Positions 35,029 to 46,245 of a DNA stretch of 64,000 nucleotides are shown one piece after another. Source of the stretch: Vicinamibacteria bacterium. GTDB taxonomy: Bacteria; Acidobacteriota; Vicinamibacteria; Vicinamibacterales; UBA8438. Numbering within the stretch: the first letter of the stretch is position 1; each line of letters opens with the position of its first letter. The notes beneath the pieces were generated by a model. The model saw only the letters and a program-made list of their open reading frames with translations, had not been told where the DNA came from and searched no databases. Made by a program: the position numbers and the translations under genes. The stretch covers positions 21,723 to 85,722 of the forward strand of contig JAJEEU010000075.1 in NCBI GenBank assembly GCA_022820825.1, given 5' to 3'.

Positions 35029-35618
35029 TGGGGGCCGTGACGATGGTCGTGGCGGCTCTGGTGGAAGACGACGTGCAGCAGGGATCCGCCGACGAACGCC
35101 TGGTACAGCTCCACGCCGCTGCCGTGGAGCAGCTCCGCGCCGGCGGCGTAGCCGGCCAGCGTGGCGGCGCCGATTCCGCCTATGCCGAGCGCCCCCGCCG
35201 CGAATCCGTGGCGGGGGCGCAGCATCCACCAGATGACGAGGCCGACCGGCACCCGGTGAAGGACCACCGCCGCGGATACGCTCGCGTCTGCCGGCGTTAG
35301 CGCCGCGCCTTCGAGGAACGCATGCAACCCCAGCCCGGTCAGCCCTCCCAGGATCGCGAGGTTGTCGGTGTGCGGTGCGAGCGCCCGCGACAGGCGCTCG
35401 ATCAGATTGGGCGTGGCCATGCCGGCGGCCATGACCAGAATGGCAAACAGACCGTACTGGGCCCAGGCGTGCGGCAGCACCTGCCATGCCACCAGTCCCG
35501 GCACGGCGACGTACATGAGGCCGTCGAGATAACGGACGGTTTCGGGCCGCTCATGCAGCCAGCCGTACAGCAACGCGCCGAATGCGGGGGCGGCGACCGC
35601 CGCGGCAAGTTGAGCCAT
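35025..35618 (-). CDS. short ZIP-like metal permease
   Basis: About 6 hydrophobic segments. GLHAFLEGAAL and VLHRVPVGLV resemble the H..EG / H..P.G metal-site helices of ZIP/ZupT transporters. His-rich C-terminus HQSRHDHRHGPH. ATG at 35618. Its stop shares a CTAG with the convergent receptor gene. Confidence 0.5.
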   Translation of the reverse strand: MAQLAAAVAAPAFGALLYGWLHERPETVRYLDGLMYVAVPGLVAWQVLPHAWAQYGLFAILVMAAGMATPNLIERLSRALAPHTDNLAILGGLTGLGLHAFLEGAALTPADASVSAAVVLHRVPVGLVIWWMLRPRHGFAAGALGIGGIGAATLAGYAAGAELLHGSGVELYQAFVGGSLLHVVFHQSRHDHRHGPH

Positions 35619-35695
35619 GGAAGTCCCGGCGGGCAACTGCAAGGCGCAGGAACCCACCGGTGAAGTGAGTCGCGTTCGGCGCGCCGCGCCGTGCG

Positions 35696-36040
35696 TTACT
35701 TCAACTCGCCGTGATCGTCGCAGTGGTCGCCGTGCTGATGGTGCAGGTGGCCCTCGACCAGGTAGTCGGTGTGGTCGCCGTGCGGTACCGCTTCGTGGCC
35801 GCAGCCGTCGCCGTGCTGGTGGCCAGCGTCGTGGCCGTCGCACGCATGGGCGGGCGTGCACGCGTCGGGATTGCTGTCCGTCACGGCCACGGTGTGATCG
35901 TCAACGTGATCCTCGTGCTCGTGGTGCATGTGTCCGTCGTGCAGGTAGTCCGTGTGGCCCTCGTGCGTTACCGCCGTATGACCGCAGCCGGGACCGTGCT
36001 TGTGATCGTGTCCTTCGTGCGTGTGGTGATCGTGACCCAT
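35696..36040 (-). CDS. His-rich putative metal-binding protein with an internal duplication
   Basis: 114 aa with no signal peptide. Two homologous halves: ...GPGCGHTAVTHEGHTDYLHDGHMHHEHEDHVDDH and ...GDGCGHEAVPHGDHTDYLVEGHLHHQHGDHCDDH. Confidence 0.65.
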   Translation of the reverse strand: MGHDHHTHEGHDHKHGPGCGHTAVTHEGHTDYLHDGHMHHEHEDHVDDHTVAVTDSNPDACTPAHACDGHDAGHQHGDGCGHEAVPHGDHTDYLVEGHLHHQHGDHCDDHGELK

Positions 36041-36110
36041 GGATTTGTCCTCCCGTGTTTATCCACCAGTTGCCGATGTGGTTTCGTGGCGCTGAACAGC
36101 CGCACCGGGT

Positions 36111-37256
36111 CTATGCCGTTTCGGTTTGTTCCTCCAGTGCCGGGCGCTCGCGAGCGTGGAGATGGTCGACGTGATGATGCTCCGTGCAGCCCTCGAGAGA
36201 CTGCTCCATCTGAATGGTGATGTGGTGGATGCCGAAGTCGCGCGACGCAATCTTCCGCAGGCGCCGCAGCAACGGGTCCAGCTCGCTCGCCGGCAGCTCG
36301 CGATCCACGAGAACATGCGCGTTGAGCGCGTCGTAACCCTGCGCGATGGTCCAGACGTGAATGTCGTGAATGAGCACGACGCCCTCCACGTCTTCCATCG
36401 AGCTGCATAGGCGATATACGTCGACGTGCTCGGGTACGCCTTCCAGCAGAACGTGCACGACCTTGGCGAGCAGCCGCCAGGTGCTCAGCAGGATCAGGAC
36501 GGCGATGACCACGCTCACGATGGGGTCGGCCAGTGTCCATCCAAAAGCCCAAACGAGGGTGCCCGATATGACGACGCCAACCGAGCCCAGCAGGTCGGCT
36601 ATGACATGTTGGAACGCGCCCTCGACGTTGAGGCTGTGCCCCGCCGAACGGTGAAGTATCCAGGCCGCGAGGATGTTGACGATGAGGCCTACGGTGCCGA
36701 CGGACAGCATCAGCAGGCCCTGGACTTCCGGCACTTCCTGGATGCGGTGGAAAGCCTCCACGACCACCCAGGCGGCGATGAGCCACAGCGTGAGCGCGTT
36801 GACCAGGGCCGCGAGAATCTCGAGGCGGTGAAAACCGAACGTGCGCTCGGCGGATTCCGCACGCATGGCGAACTGCATGGCTACCAGGGCGAGGGCTATG
36901 GACGCCGCGTCGGTCAGCATGTGTCCGGCGTCTGCAATCAGCGCCAGGCTGCCTGACAGGATGCCGCCGATCACCTCGGCGAACATGTAGCCGGTTATCA
37001 GGACCAGCGCCCCGATCAGGCTCTGCTTGCTGGCGTTGCGCAGCTCCGCCGAATGGTCGTGCCCACCGAAGCCATGATGGTGGTGGTGATGATGGCCATG
37101 GTCATGGTGATCATGCTCATGGTGTTCGTGGGCGTGGTGCTCGTGCCCATGATCGTGATCATGGTGTTCGTGGGCGTGATCATGCTCGTGGCCGTCAGCG
37201 TGGTCATGATCATGATGGTCGTGCGTGTGCGAATCGCGCTGGTGGTCAGGGCTCAT
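36111..37256 (-). CDS. czcD: cation diffusion facilitator (CzcD/ZitB-type) with ~70-aa His-rich N-terminus
   Basis: CDF signature ...SLALIADAGHMLTDA... and ...HVIADLLGS.... Six TM segments and a C-terminal cytoplasmic domain. The N-terminus is almost entirely H/D/E. Confidence 0.9.
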   Translation of the reverse strand: MSPDHQRDSHTHDHHDHDHADGHEHDHAHEHHDHDHGHEHHAHEHHEHDHHDHGHHHHHHHGFGGHDHSAELRNASKQSLIGALVLITGYMFAEVIGGILSGSLALIADAGHMLTDAASIALALVAMQFAMRAESAERTFGFHRLEILAALVNALTLWLIAAWVVVEAFHRIQEVPEVQGLLMLSVGTVGLIVNILAAWILHRSAGHSLNVEGAFQHVIADLLGSVGVVISGTLVWAFGWTLADPIVSVVIAVLILLSTWRLLAKVVHVLLEGVPEHVDVYRLCSSMEDVEGVVLIHDIHVWTIAQGYDALNAHVLVDRELPASELDPLLRRLRKIASRDFGIHHITIQMEQSLEGCTEHHHVDHLHARERPALEEQTETA

Positions 37257-37289
37257 GGTCGGTTCGCCTCAAGGCCAGCTTGCAGTAAC

Positions 37290-37330
37290 ACTACCGCCGC
37301 ACCGGGTCGGCGACCGGGTGCAACGGTAGT
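37290..37330. promoter_or_regulatory. 41-bp imperfect palindrome overlapping a candidate czcD promoter (operator-like)
   Basis: The minus strand reads TTGACG-N17-GATACT (37356-37328). The palindrome follows directly: ACTACCGTTGCACCCGGTCG-C-CGACCCGGTGCGGCGGTAGT, with 17/20 arm positions complementary. An extra half-site, ACTACCGCC, lies at 37376-37384 upstream of czcC. Confidence 0.45.
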
Positions 37331-37411
37331 ATCGCGGGATGCCGTGCCTCCGTCAAGGGTTGCGCGCCGGATTCGACTACCGCCCGCTTCGGGTGCGACT
37401 GCCACTAGATC

Positions 37412-38773
37412 ATGAAATCGCATATCAACTACACTGAGTCGCTGCGCTCAATGACTGTCAAACAGTGGTTGATCGTGCTCTCCTGGAGCTTCGCATGTCT
37501 GACGGCGGCTCCGGCGGCGGCGCAGGAGGCGGAGGCGATACCGGCCGAATTGACGCTCGCCGAGGCGCTGCGCATCGCCGAGGTCGCGAATCCGGCCTTC
37601 CGCGCCTTCCGCAACCTCGCGGAAATAGCCCGCGCCGACGCCGTCGAGGCGGGCAGCCGGCCCAATCCTTCGATCGCCGTCGAAGGCGAGGAGTACGGGG
37701 CATTCTCCGGAAATCGGCCGTCGTTCTGGAACGAACAGGGACTGATCGTCCGCTTCGAGCAGGAGATCGAGACCGCCGGCCGCCGCGGCCACCGCGTCAG
37801 GGCCGCCGCCGCGGGGGTCGATGTCGCCCGTTCGGAGATCGCCGACGCGTTGCGGCGGCTCCAGCTCGATGTAAGCCGGACCTATTTCCAGCTCGCACTG
37901 GCTCAGGCCGACCGCACCGTCGCAGCCGCCGCGCTCGACGAGCTGGAGCAGGTCATTGCCCTGACCCAGGCCCGCTTCGAGGCGAGTGAAGTGGCGGGCA
38001 CCGAGCTGCGGAGGCTGGAGGTCGAACGCCTGCATTTCGTCGATCAGGTCTACACGGCCGATCTGGCTATCAGCAACGCGCGGGTCGCGCTGCTGGGCCT
38101 GCTCGGCTCAGCGGACCTGCAGCAGCAGGTCGAGGCAGCCGATCCGTTGCGCCCGCCGCCGCTGGTCGCCACGGGCGGACGCGTGATCGCCATGGCCGAC
38201 GGAGTAACCGTTCCGGCGGAGAGCCTGCGGGCGGAGGCGATCGCCGGCCGGCCGGACGTCCGCGCTGCGCGCCGCAACCGGGAGCGCGCCGGCACCGAGA
38301 TCGAGCGGCAGCGCGCGTTGCAGGTCCCCAACGTCACCGCCGCGTGGGGCTATCGCCGCGACTTCGGCGCGCACACCATGGACTTCGAAGTCAGCATGCC
38401 GGTGCCGTTCTTCGGCAGCCTGAATCCAGGTGGAGTGCAGCGCGCCGAAGCGCAGCGCCGCCGCGCGGCGGCGCTGGAGGAAGCAGCCGTGGTTGCAGTC
38501 GACGTCGAGTTGCAGCAGGCGGTCAACGCCGTCGACATCAGCGCCGAGCGGGCGCGCTACGTGGAGCAGGACTACGTGCGCAATGCGCGCGAGGCGCGCG
38601 ACCTCGTCCAGGCGTCGTATGAGTTGGGGGAGACCGCGTTGATCGATTTCCTGGACGCGCAGCGGGAGTTTCGGGTGACCCAGCAGGTGCGCAACCAGGC
38701 ACTTTATCAATTGCGCATCAGCCTGGTCGAGCTGGCGGCTGCCGTGGGCATATCGCCTGCCGGCGGGTCGTAG
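37412..38773 (+). CDS. czcC: TolC-family outer-membrane efflux protein (CzcC-like)
   Basis: 453 aa. Signal peptide, two OEP-type repeats with coiled-coil heptads, immediately upstream of the MFP and RND genes. Confidence 0.8.
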   Translation: MKSHINYTESLRSMTVKQWLIVLSWSFACLTAAPAAAQEAEAIPAELTLAEALRIAEVANPAFRAFRNLAEIARADAVEAGSRPNPSIAVEGEEYGAFSGNRPSFWNEQGLIVRFEQEIETAGRRGHRVRAAAAGVDVARSEIADALRRLQLDVSRTYFQLALAQADRTVAAAALDELEQVIALTQARFEASEVAGTELRRLEVERLHFVDQVYTADLAISNARVALLGLLGSADLQQQVEAADPLRPPPLVATGGRVIAMADGVTVPAESLRAEAIAGRPDVRAARRNRERAGTEIERQRALQVPNVTAAWGYRRDFGAHTMDFEVSMPVPFFGSLNPGGVQRAEAQRRRAAALEEAAVVAVDVELQQAVNAVDISAERARYVEQDYVRNAREARDLVQASYELGETALIDFLDAQREFRVTQQVRNQALYQLRISLVELAAAVGISPAGGS

Positions 38774-38813
38774 CGCGTGTCGACAGAGTTGTCTTCAAGG
38801 GGGGATACCGGCG

Positions 38814-40184
38814 ATGCAGGCACTGTTTCAGCCCCGGCGGCCCGCGGTTGTCTGGCTTGCGGTGTGTTTCGGAACCGTGGTGCTGTCCGCCTGCAGCGGG
38901 GCGCACGACGATGACGATCGGCACGCCGACGGGATGCACGAGGGCAGGGACCACGCGGGCGAAGTGCACGAGGAGGACCACGCGGCCGAAGCACACGAGG
39001 ATGATGCGCATGCCGGCGACGACGCGCACGCGGGCGAGGACGAGCACGGCATGCTGCAAATCCCGGAGGAGGCGCAGCGCAACGCCGGTATGCGCCTGGT
39101 CGCTGCCGAGCACCGCGAGTTGCCGGTGCCGCTGGAGGTGACGGGTGTCGTCACGCCGGACACGTCGCGCGTGGTGCACCTGCGACCGCTGGCGGAGGGA
39201 ATCATTGAGCGGGTCGACGTGAGACTCGGGGATCGCGTGCGCGCGGGGCAGCCGCTGGTGCGGTACGACAACGTGGCGCTCGGCGATCACATAGGCGAAT
39301 ACCGCAGCGCCGTGGCGGCCCGGCGCCAGGCCGAAGCCGATCTGGACGTGCGCCGCAGCAGCTTCGAACGGGCGGAGCAACTGGTCGGCATCGAAGCCAT
39401 AGCGCAGCAGACGCTGGAGTTGCGCCGCTCCGAATTCGAACAGGCGCGGGCCAGCGTGGTGAGCGCCCAGGCCGAGGTGACCAGAATCGAGGAACGGATC
39501 CACCGGTTCGGCCTGACGGACGACGATCTGCTGGAAGTGGCGCCGCTCGGGGGCAGCGACGACGACTTCCTCAGGGCGGTCGAATCGCATCGCGAGGCAT
39601 CGTTGAACGTCCTGCGTGCGCCGTTCGACGGCGTCGTGACCGACTACAGCGTCGCCATCGGCGACCTCGCCGAGCCGGGCCGGGAGCTGCTTACGATTAC
39701 GGACATCTCCACGGTGTGGGTGCTCGCCGACGTGTACGAGCCGGATCTGGGCCGTCTTCAGGCCGATGCCGAGGTCGCGATTCGGACTGCCGCCTATCCG
39801 GACCAGGTGTTCACCGGCCGCATTACCTACGTTTCCGACACCATCGAGGCAGACAGCCGCGCCGCGCACGTGCGCTGCGTGGTGGACAACATCGACGACA
39901 GGCTGAAGATCGGCATGTTCGCCCGGGTGACCGTCCCGACGAACGAGATGATCGACGCGCTGGCCGTGCCGATAGACGCGGTGCAGCAGATCGACGGACA
40001 GCCGGTAGTCTTCACAAGGACGGGCCCGGTCACGTTCGAGCGCCGCGACGTGTCGCTCGGCGCTACCACGGCCGGTCACGTAGCGGTGCTCAACGGCCTG
40101 GCCGCCGGCGATCAAGTCGTGGCGGAAGGCAGCTTCTATCTGAAGACGGCGCTGCTGCACGAGCGGATCGGCCACTCGCACTGA
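38814..40184 (+). CDS. czcB: efflux RND periplasmic adaptor (CzcB-like) with His/Asp-rich N-terminal tract
   Basis: Lipobox (VLSAC), then HDDDDRHADGMHEGRDHAGEVHEEDHAAEAHEDDAHAGDDAHAGEDEHG, followed by HlyD/MFP barrel-sandwich motifs. Confidence 0.85.
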   Translation: MQALFQPRRPAVVWLAVCFGTVVLSACSGAHDDDDRHADGMHEGRDHAGEVHEEDHAAEAHEDDAHAGDDAHAGEDEHGMLQIPEEAQRNAGMRLVAAEHRELPVPLEVTGVVTPDTSRVVHLRPLAEGIIERVDVRLGDRVRAGQPLVRYDNVALGDHIGEYRSAVAARRQAEADLDVRRSSFERAEQLVGIEAIAQQTLELRRSEFEQARASVVSAQAEVTRIEERIHRFGLTDDDLLEVAPLGGSDDDFLRAVESHREASLNVLRAPFDGVVTDYSVAIGDLAEPGRELLTITDISTVWVLADVYEPDLGRLQADAEVAIRTAAYPDQVFTGRITYVSDTIEADSRAAHVRCVVDNIDDRLKIGMFARVTVPTNEMIDALAVPIDAVQQIDGQPVVFTRTGPVTFERRDVSLGATTAGHVAVLNGLAAGDQVVAEGSFYLKTALLHERIGHSH

Positions 40185-40185
40185 C

Positions 40186-43263
<3,078 letters not shown>

Positions 43264-43270
43264 TTGCCGG

Positions 43271-45694
43271 TCAGAACGCGAACTCCAGGCCGACGTAGCC
43301 ACTGCGGCCGATCTCGGCGATCCGCTGCCCGGAGAACGGGTCGAGCGAGTTCAGGTGGTTGAAGTAGAACTCGTCGGTCAGGTTGCGTGCCCCGGCGCGC
43401 AGCGTCACGCCCTCGACGAGCTCGCCGCCGGCCGCCAAGTCGATTGTCGTCCAGCCGCTGGTCGGCAACTCCAGGCGCGCGGCCGCCACGCGGTTCTGAT
43501 CCGCCGTAGCGGTGATCTGCAGCTCGACCCACCACGTCCGGGACGGGTCGTGGATGTCGATGGCGTACTGCTGCTCGAACGGCGGCACGCCGAACAACGG
43601 CTCGTCGAACAGCAGGTCCTCTGCCCGCACGAACGACCAGCCGCCGCGCAGGCTCAGCCACCGCCCGGCCGCGGATTCGGCCCGCAGGTCGAGGCCCGCG
43701 AAGCGGGCGGCGTCGGCCTGCACGTAGCGAAACACGTGCGCGGGACTGAGCGGCAGGCGCCGGGCCAGGTGCGGGTCGTAGGCCACCGTGATGTAGTCGT
43801 CGATCGAGCGCCAGAACACGTCCGCTTCGAACGTCGCCTGCGCTGCGCGCAGCATCGTGCCGGCATTGACCTCGAGGCTCTTTTCCGGCACCAGCAGAGG
43901 ATTGCCGACGAACTCGGCCGTGGTCTGGAACTTGACGGCCGGGAACCGGTCGGCGTAGCGCTCCAGCACGGACGGGTTGCGGACCGCACGTCCGGCGCCC
44001 AGGTTGACCAGCCAACTGTCCGTAATCCGCAGACTGGCGTTGGCGGCGGCGCTGACGTTGACGTTGTTCTGCCCGAAGTGGTCGGCGGATACAAGCATGG
44101 CCGGACCTGCGCCGTGCTGGCCCGTGCCGTGCCCGGTCATCACGTGGCTGCCGTGCACCTCGCGCAGTCCATACGCCAGGACGGCATTGTCCGCGAAGAA
44201 CGGGGTCACGCCTCCCACGCGCGCCTGCTCGCGGTCGACGCGGACGGTCCCGCCGAAGGTGCTGCGCGCCAGGTCGTACACGACCTGTGCGTAGCCGCCG
44301 ACGTTGGTAATCTCGGCGTCCGGCCAGACCGGGTGCATGTTGTGGTGGATCTGCCCCGTGTTGCGGTCGCTGACGGTCTGCGTCGCGTTCTGGCGGAGCC
44401 GGTAGGTGTCGAAGCCGAGCTTGTAGCTGAGTGGTCCGGTGGTGAGCGTCGTGTGGAACCGCCCGCCCAGCGTGTCCGACGAGGTCGGGAGATCCACGTC
44501 GATCGCGAACGGCGGCGTCCGCTGGGGGTTCGCCAGCGCGGTCGGCTTGTTGTCGTTGTTCATCAAGTGGCTCTTGGCGTTCAGGTACACCTGCCCCGCG
44601 ATCTCGCTGACCAGTCCGCTGGGCCGCCGGTGCGAGACGTCCAGCGCGTGCGACTGCGTTTCGAAGAACGTCGCGTCGAGGATCCGCCCGGGATAGTCGA
44701 TGTCGTTCTGCTTCTGATAGCCGCCGGTGTACTCGAGAAGCGTCCGGCCGCCCAGGCGGCCGCCCAGGCTCCAGCGCGTATCGAACGACTCGTAGTCGCC
44801 CTGCACCGTGGCGCCGTCGCCGTCCGTGTAGTCGCTGCCGGTCCGCGTGTTGTGCTGAAAGGTGAATCGAACGCGGTCGGAGCTGCCGTACAGGCTCGCC
44901 AGCGCATCATTGGCGCCGCCGTTCGAGCCGTAGTTGTAGCCGGCGCGCCCGCCGATCTCGAAGGCGCCGCCGGAGAAGGCCGGCTTGAACGTATCGGCGC
45001 GGATGGCGGTGAGCGTGCCCGCGCCCCACGTCAGTGCGTACGGACCACGCACGACGTGCAGCGACTGCAGGGCGTGGGGGCTGACGTGGCTCAGCCCCGA
45101 ATCCATGCGCGCCGGCCCGGCCGCGAACGTGCGGGTACCGTCCACGAACACGCCGATCTGCTCGGCGTACAGCCCGCGCACCGACGGATCGAGGTTGATG
45201 GCGCCGCGCCGCACGGCAGTGACGCCGGCGTGGTCCCGCAAGGACTGGGCCAGGTCCTGCGCGACGCGCCGTTCGATCTCGTCCGCCGTGATGATCAGCT
45301 CGTTCGCGACCTCGGGCATCAGCGCGGAGACGGTCACTTCCTGCGAGAACGAGCCGAGCTCCAGAACGAAGGCAGTCTCGGCGCCGCTCGAGCCGACGGT
45401 AATGTTCTCCTCGTGCGTCATGAAACCGAGCAGCGATGCGACGAGCTCGTAGCTGCCCGGGGCAACGTTCGGAATCGCGAACCTGCCGGTGCGGTCGCTG
45501 ATCGACGAGGCGACGAAGCCGTCCGCGCTGGTGCGGAGCACGACCGCCACACCCGGCAGCGCAAGGTTCTGCGCGTCTGTCACCGTGCCGGTGACGGCGC
45601 CGCCGTCCTGTCCTCCGGCAGGTAACGCACCCGCGAGAATCAGAAGACCGGAGAGCACGGCCGCCGGCCGTACCCGTGAGAGCGTGCAATGCAT
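43271..45694 (-). CDS. TonB-dependent receptor (second copy, no His-rich tracts)
   Basis: ATG at 45694 with GGAGGAAATTGGAG upstream. Signal peptide, CarbopepD_reg-like domain (GAVTGTVTDAQNLALPGVAVV...APGSYEL), plug motifs and a terminal ...GYVGLEFAF. Confidence 0.9.
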   Translation of the reverse strand: MHCTLSRVRPAAVLSGLLILAGALPAGGQDGGAVTGTVTDAQNLALPGVAVVLRTSADGFVASSISDRTGRFAIPNVAPGSYELVASLLGFMTHEENITVGSSGAETAFVLELGSFSQEVTVSALMPEVANELIITADEIERRVAQDLAQSLRDHAGVTAVRRGAINLDPSVRGLYAEQIGVFVDGTRTFAAGPARMDSGLSHVSPHALQSLHVVRGPYALTWGAGTLTAIRADTFKPAFSGGAFEIGGRAGYNYGSNGGANDALASLYGSSDRVRFTFQHNTRTGSDYTDGDGATVQGDYESFDTRWSLGGRLGGRTLLEYTGGYQKQNDIDYPGRILDATFFETQSHALDVSHRRPSGLVSEIAGQVYLNAKSHLMNNDNKPTALANPQRTPPFAIDVDLPTSSDTLGGRFHTTLTTGPLSYKLGFDTYRLRQNATQTVSDRNTGQIHHNMHPVWPDAEITNVGGYAQVVYDLARSTFGGTVRVDREQARVGGVTPFFADNAVLAYGLREVHGSHVMTGHGTGQHGAGPAMLVSADHFGQNNVNVSAAANASLRITDSWLVNLGAGRAVRNPSVLERYADRFPAVKFQTTAEFVGNPLLVPEKSLEVNAGTMLRAAQATFEADVFWRSIDDYITVAYDPHLARRLPLSPAHVFRYVQADAARFAGLDLRAESAAGRWLSLRGGWSFVRAEDLLFDEPLFGVPPFEQQYAIDIHDPSRTWWVELQITATADQNRVAAARLELPTSGWTTIDLAAGGELVEGVTLRAGARNLTDEFYFNHLNSLDPFSGQRIAEIGRSGYVGLEFAF

Positions 45695-45815
45695 CTCCAA
45701 TTTCCTCCATGCGGCGCCGACCGAGCGGTGGAGCGGGCTCGCGCCCGGACTCCGGCGCTCGGCGGCGCACGCCAAACCCGACGATAAAGAACGGAATGAA
45801 CGAGCGGGCGCGCCG

Positions 45816-46199
45816 TCAGGCGCGCGGCGGCGGGGCCAGGGGCCCCTGGTCGAGTGAGGAGGTGGAATACGTGGACAGGATCGCCCGTCCGTTCTCATCG
45901 AGGCTGGCCTGCGGAGCGGCGGTCTCCGGCGTGAAGCCGGTGAGGCTCAACAGGCCCATCAGCGCGTCGTCGGGCGACTCGCAGGTTTGCAGCCGCGGGG
46001 TGTCCTGCGGTCCGGCAGGTGCGGCCTGCTTCAGGGGGCAGAAGTCGCCGTGGTCCTTGCCGCTGCAGCATGCCAGCGTGCCGTCGGCGGCCAGCACCGC
46101 CTGGCAGCAGAACGCAGCCGGGAGCAGCGCCAGCGCGGCCAGCTTCCACGCGATGACGCCGATCACCGTTCCCGTGCGGAGGGCGCGAACAAGACGCAT
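45816..46199 (-). CDS. small membrane-anchored Cys-rich protein upstream of the second TonB-dependent receptor
   Basis: ATG at 46199. TM helix (VIGVIAWKLAALALLPAAF), then CC...ACCSGKDHGDFC...C. Occupies the same position relative to its receptor as the 32089-32376 gene. Confidence 0.4.
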   Translation of the reverse strand: MRLVRALRTGTVIGVIAWKLAALALLPAAFCCQAVLAADGTLACCSGKDHGDFCPLKQAAPAGPQDTPRLQTCESPDDALMGLLSLTGFTPETAAPQASLDENGRAILSTYSTSSLDQGPLAPPPRA

Positions 46200-46245
46200 G
46201 TGACGATCAGAAGTTATCACATCCCCAAGCAGGTAGGATCTGGCC

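Noticed and set aside
45695-45815. Possible riboswitch leaders (cobalamin or NiCo/czcD-type) upstream of the TonB-dependent receptors (also 32377-32544) and upstream of czcD (37257-37330).
   Set aside because: I could not find a B12 box or the conserved cores of these riboswitch classes. The czcD leader is better explained as a DNA palindrome overlapping the promoter. A cmscan against Rfam would be the decisive test.
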